NCBI GenBank assembly: GCA_033442325.1
Contig: JAWQFM010000004.1
Span: forward strand, 2,224,238-2,258,769
Origin: Salpingoeca rosetta
Lineage: Eukaryota; Protista; Choanoflagellata
Direction of reading: 5' to 3'
Length of the DNA: 34,532 nucleotides
How positions within the stretch are numbered: position 1 is the stretch's first letter; each line of letters starts with the position of its first letter. Below the pieces are notes generated by a model. It was not told where the DNA came from, searched no databases, and was given only the letters and a program-made list of their open reading frames with translations. Of this stretch, positions 33,422 to 34,532 are shown piece after piece. A program made the translations under genes and the position numbers.

Positions 33422-34468
33422 ATGTGGTCACCTGCGCTGGACGAGGGTGGTGATGATGGTGGTGGTGGTGGTCGTGGTGGGCGCAGGGAGGACAACGCGA
33501 TTGTGATTGACATGGTGCCGGTGAGCAGTGATGAGGAGGATGAGGGACCTGAAGGCGTGGATGGGCAGGTACGCGCGGAGGCACAGCGGCATGATGAACA
33601 GGGACGCACAACCACGTCGTGGCACCGCGCAGACAACGCAGCAGTGGTCGACATGAGCACAGGCAGCAGCGACAACGACGAATACGATGAAGCAGGGGAC
33701 AAACGGGAGGAGGGTAAGGACAAGGCCCATGATGGCGATGCTACCGACACGGCCGTGCAACAAAGAGGTGATGCACATGACGTTGACGCCGAGCAAGGGG
33801 CAGAAGAGGAAGGGCACGGGGAAGGGCAAGCAGAGGACGAGCTGGCAACCAGCCCGCTGCAGCTGGACATGGTGTCGGTAAGCAGCGATGACGACGAGGA
33901 GCACGATGGCGATGCCTCCATTCACAGTGAGTTGAATATCTGCCGACACATGTGCGGCGTGCTTTGATGTTCAGATTCGCTGTCACGCGCGCGTGTATGT
34001 GTGTGCGTTTGCGTGTGGTTTGCCCTGCTCTCACGTTCCCCTGCGTCTCGACCCTGATCCCTCTCTGTGCGCTGACAACGTCCCTTGCTTGCTTGCGTGG
34101 TGGCAGTGATTGGCCGGATGGCACCAACGAGTGAAGCGGCCGTGCTTCTCGAGGTGTGAAATGTGTGTGTGTGTGCGTGCGTGTATGTGTGTGCGTGTAT
34201 GTGTGCGTGCATGTATGTGCGCGCGTATGTGTGTGTGTGTTCATGCAAGATCGCGTGCATTCAGCCGTGGAACAAGCGCCTGCGGTTGCTCAGTGTGCAC
34301 TGCCACTGACAGTAGCACACGTGTGCCACCTCCAACACACACACTCACACACACACACACACACTCACACACACACACTTGACAGAACATGACGCTGGAA
34401 GACATATCACCGGCATCAAGCGATGCGGAGAACGATGACGATGATGATGATGGTGGTGGTGGTGGTGG

Positions 34469-34504
<36 letters not shown>

Positions 34505-34532
34505 CGATGATGACGATGATGACGATGATGAC
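33422..34532 (+). CDS. Acidic low-complexity protein with repeated SIM-like motifs, 3'-partial (exons about 33422-33926, 34107-34153, 34386->34532)
   Basis: Long D/E/G-rich frame ending at a strong donor (CACA|gtgagt), a phase-compatible small exon MIGRMAPTSEAAVLLE, then NMTLEDISPASSDAENDDDD running off the edge. The start (ATG 33422 or an upstream exon) is uncertain. Confidence 0.6.

Noticed and set aside
32710-33921. 403-aa minus-strand Ser-rich ORF
   Set aside because: Antisense of the acidic exon plus microsatellite; the splice signals chain consistently on the + strand.

Overview
Eukaryotic, GC-rich, intron-dense genomic DNA with short GT-AG introns full of (CA)n/(GT)n microsatellites and two N gaps. 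The style suggests a choanoflagellate such as Salpingoeca (inference). Almost all ORF-track entries are microsatellite or antisense noise, so I spliced gene models by hand. Seven genes: (1) a minus-strand, nearly intronless STAND/Crinkler-like P-loop NTPase running off the left edge; (2) a secreted, GPI-anchored Cys-rich protein with two tandem 6-Cys modules; (3) AP-5 complex subunit zeta (AP5Z1/SPG48), about 29 exons; (4) an orphan coiled-coil protein; (5) an N-myristoylated coiled-coil/polyQ disordered protein; (6) a large protein with CCCH, LOTUS/OST-HTH-like, CCCH, HELZ/MOV10-type Ig-like, ankyrin, prion-like disordered region, more ankyrin and MYND; (7) a partial acidic protein with repeated SIM-like motifs at the right edge. 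Gene 6, which looks like an RNA-granule scaffold with a HELZ-like N-terminal module but no helicase, is the best candidate for an undescribed system. The NTPase is second. Homology calls rest on motif recognition from memory, not on database searches.
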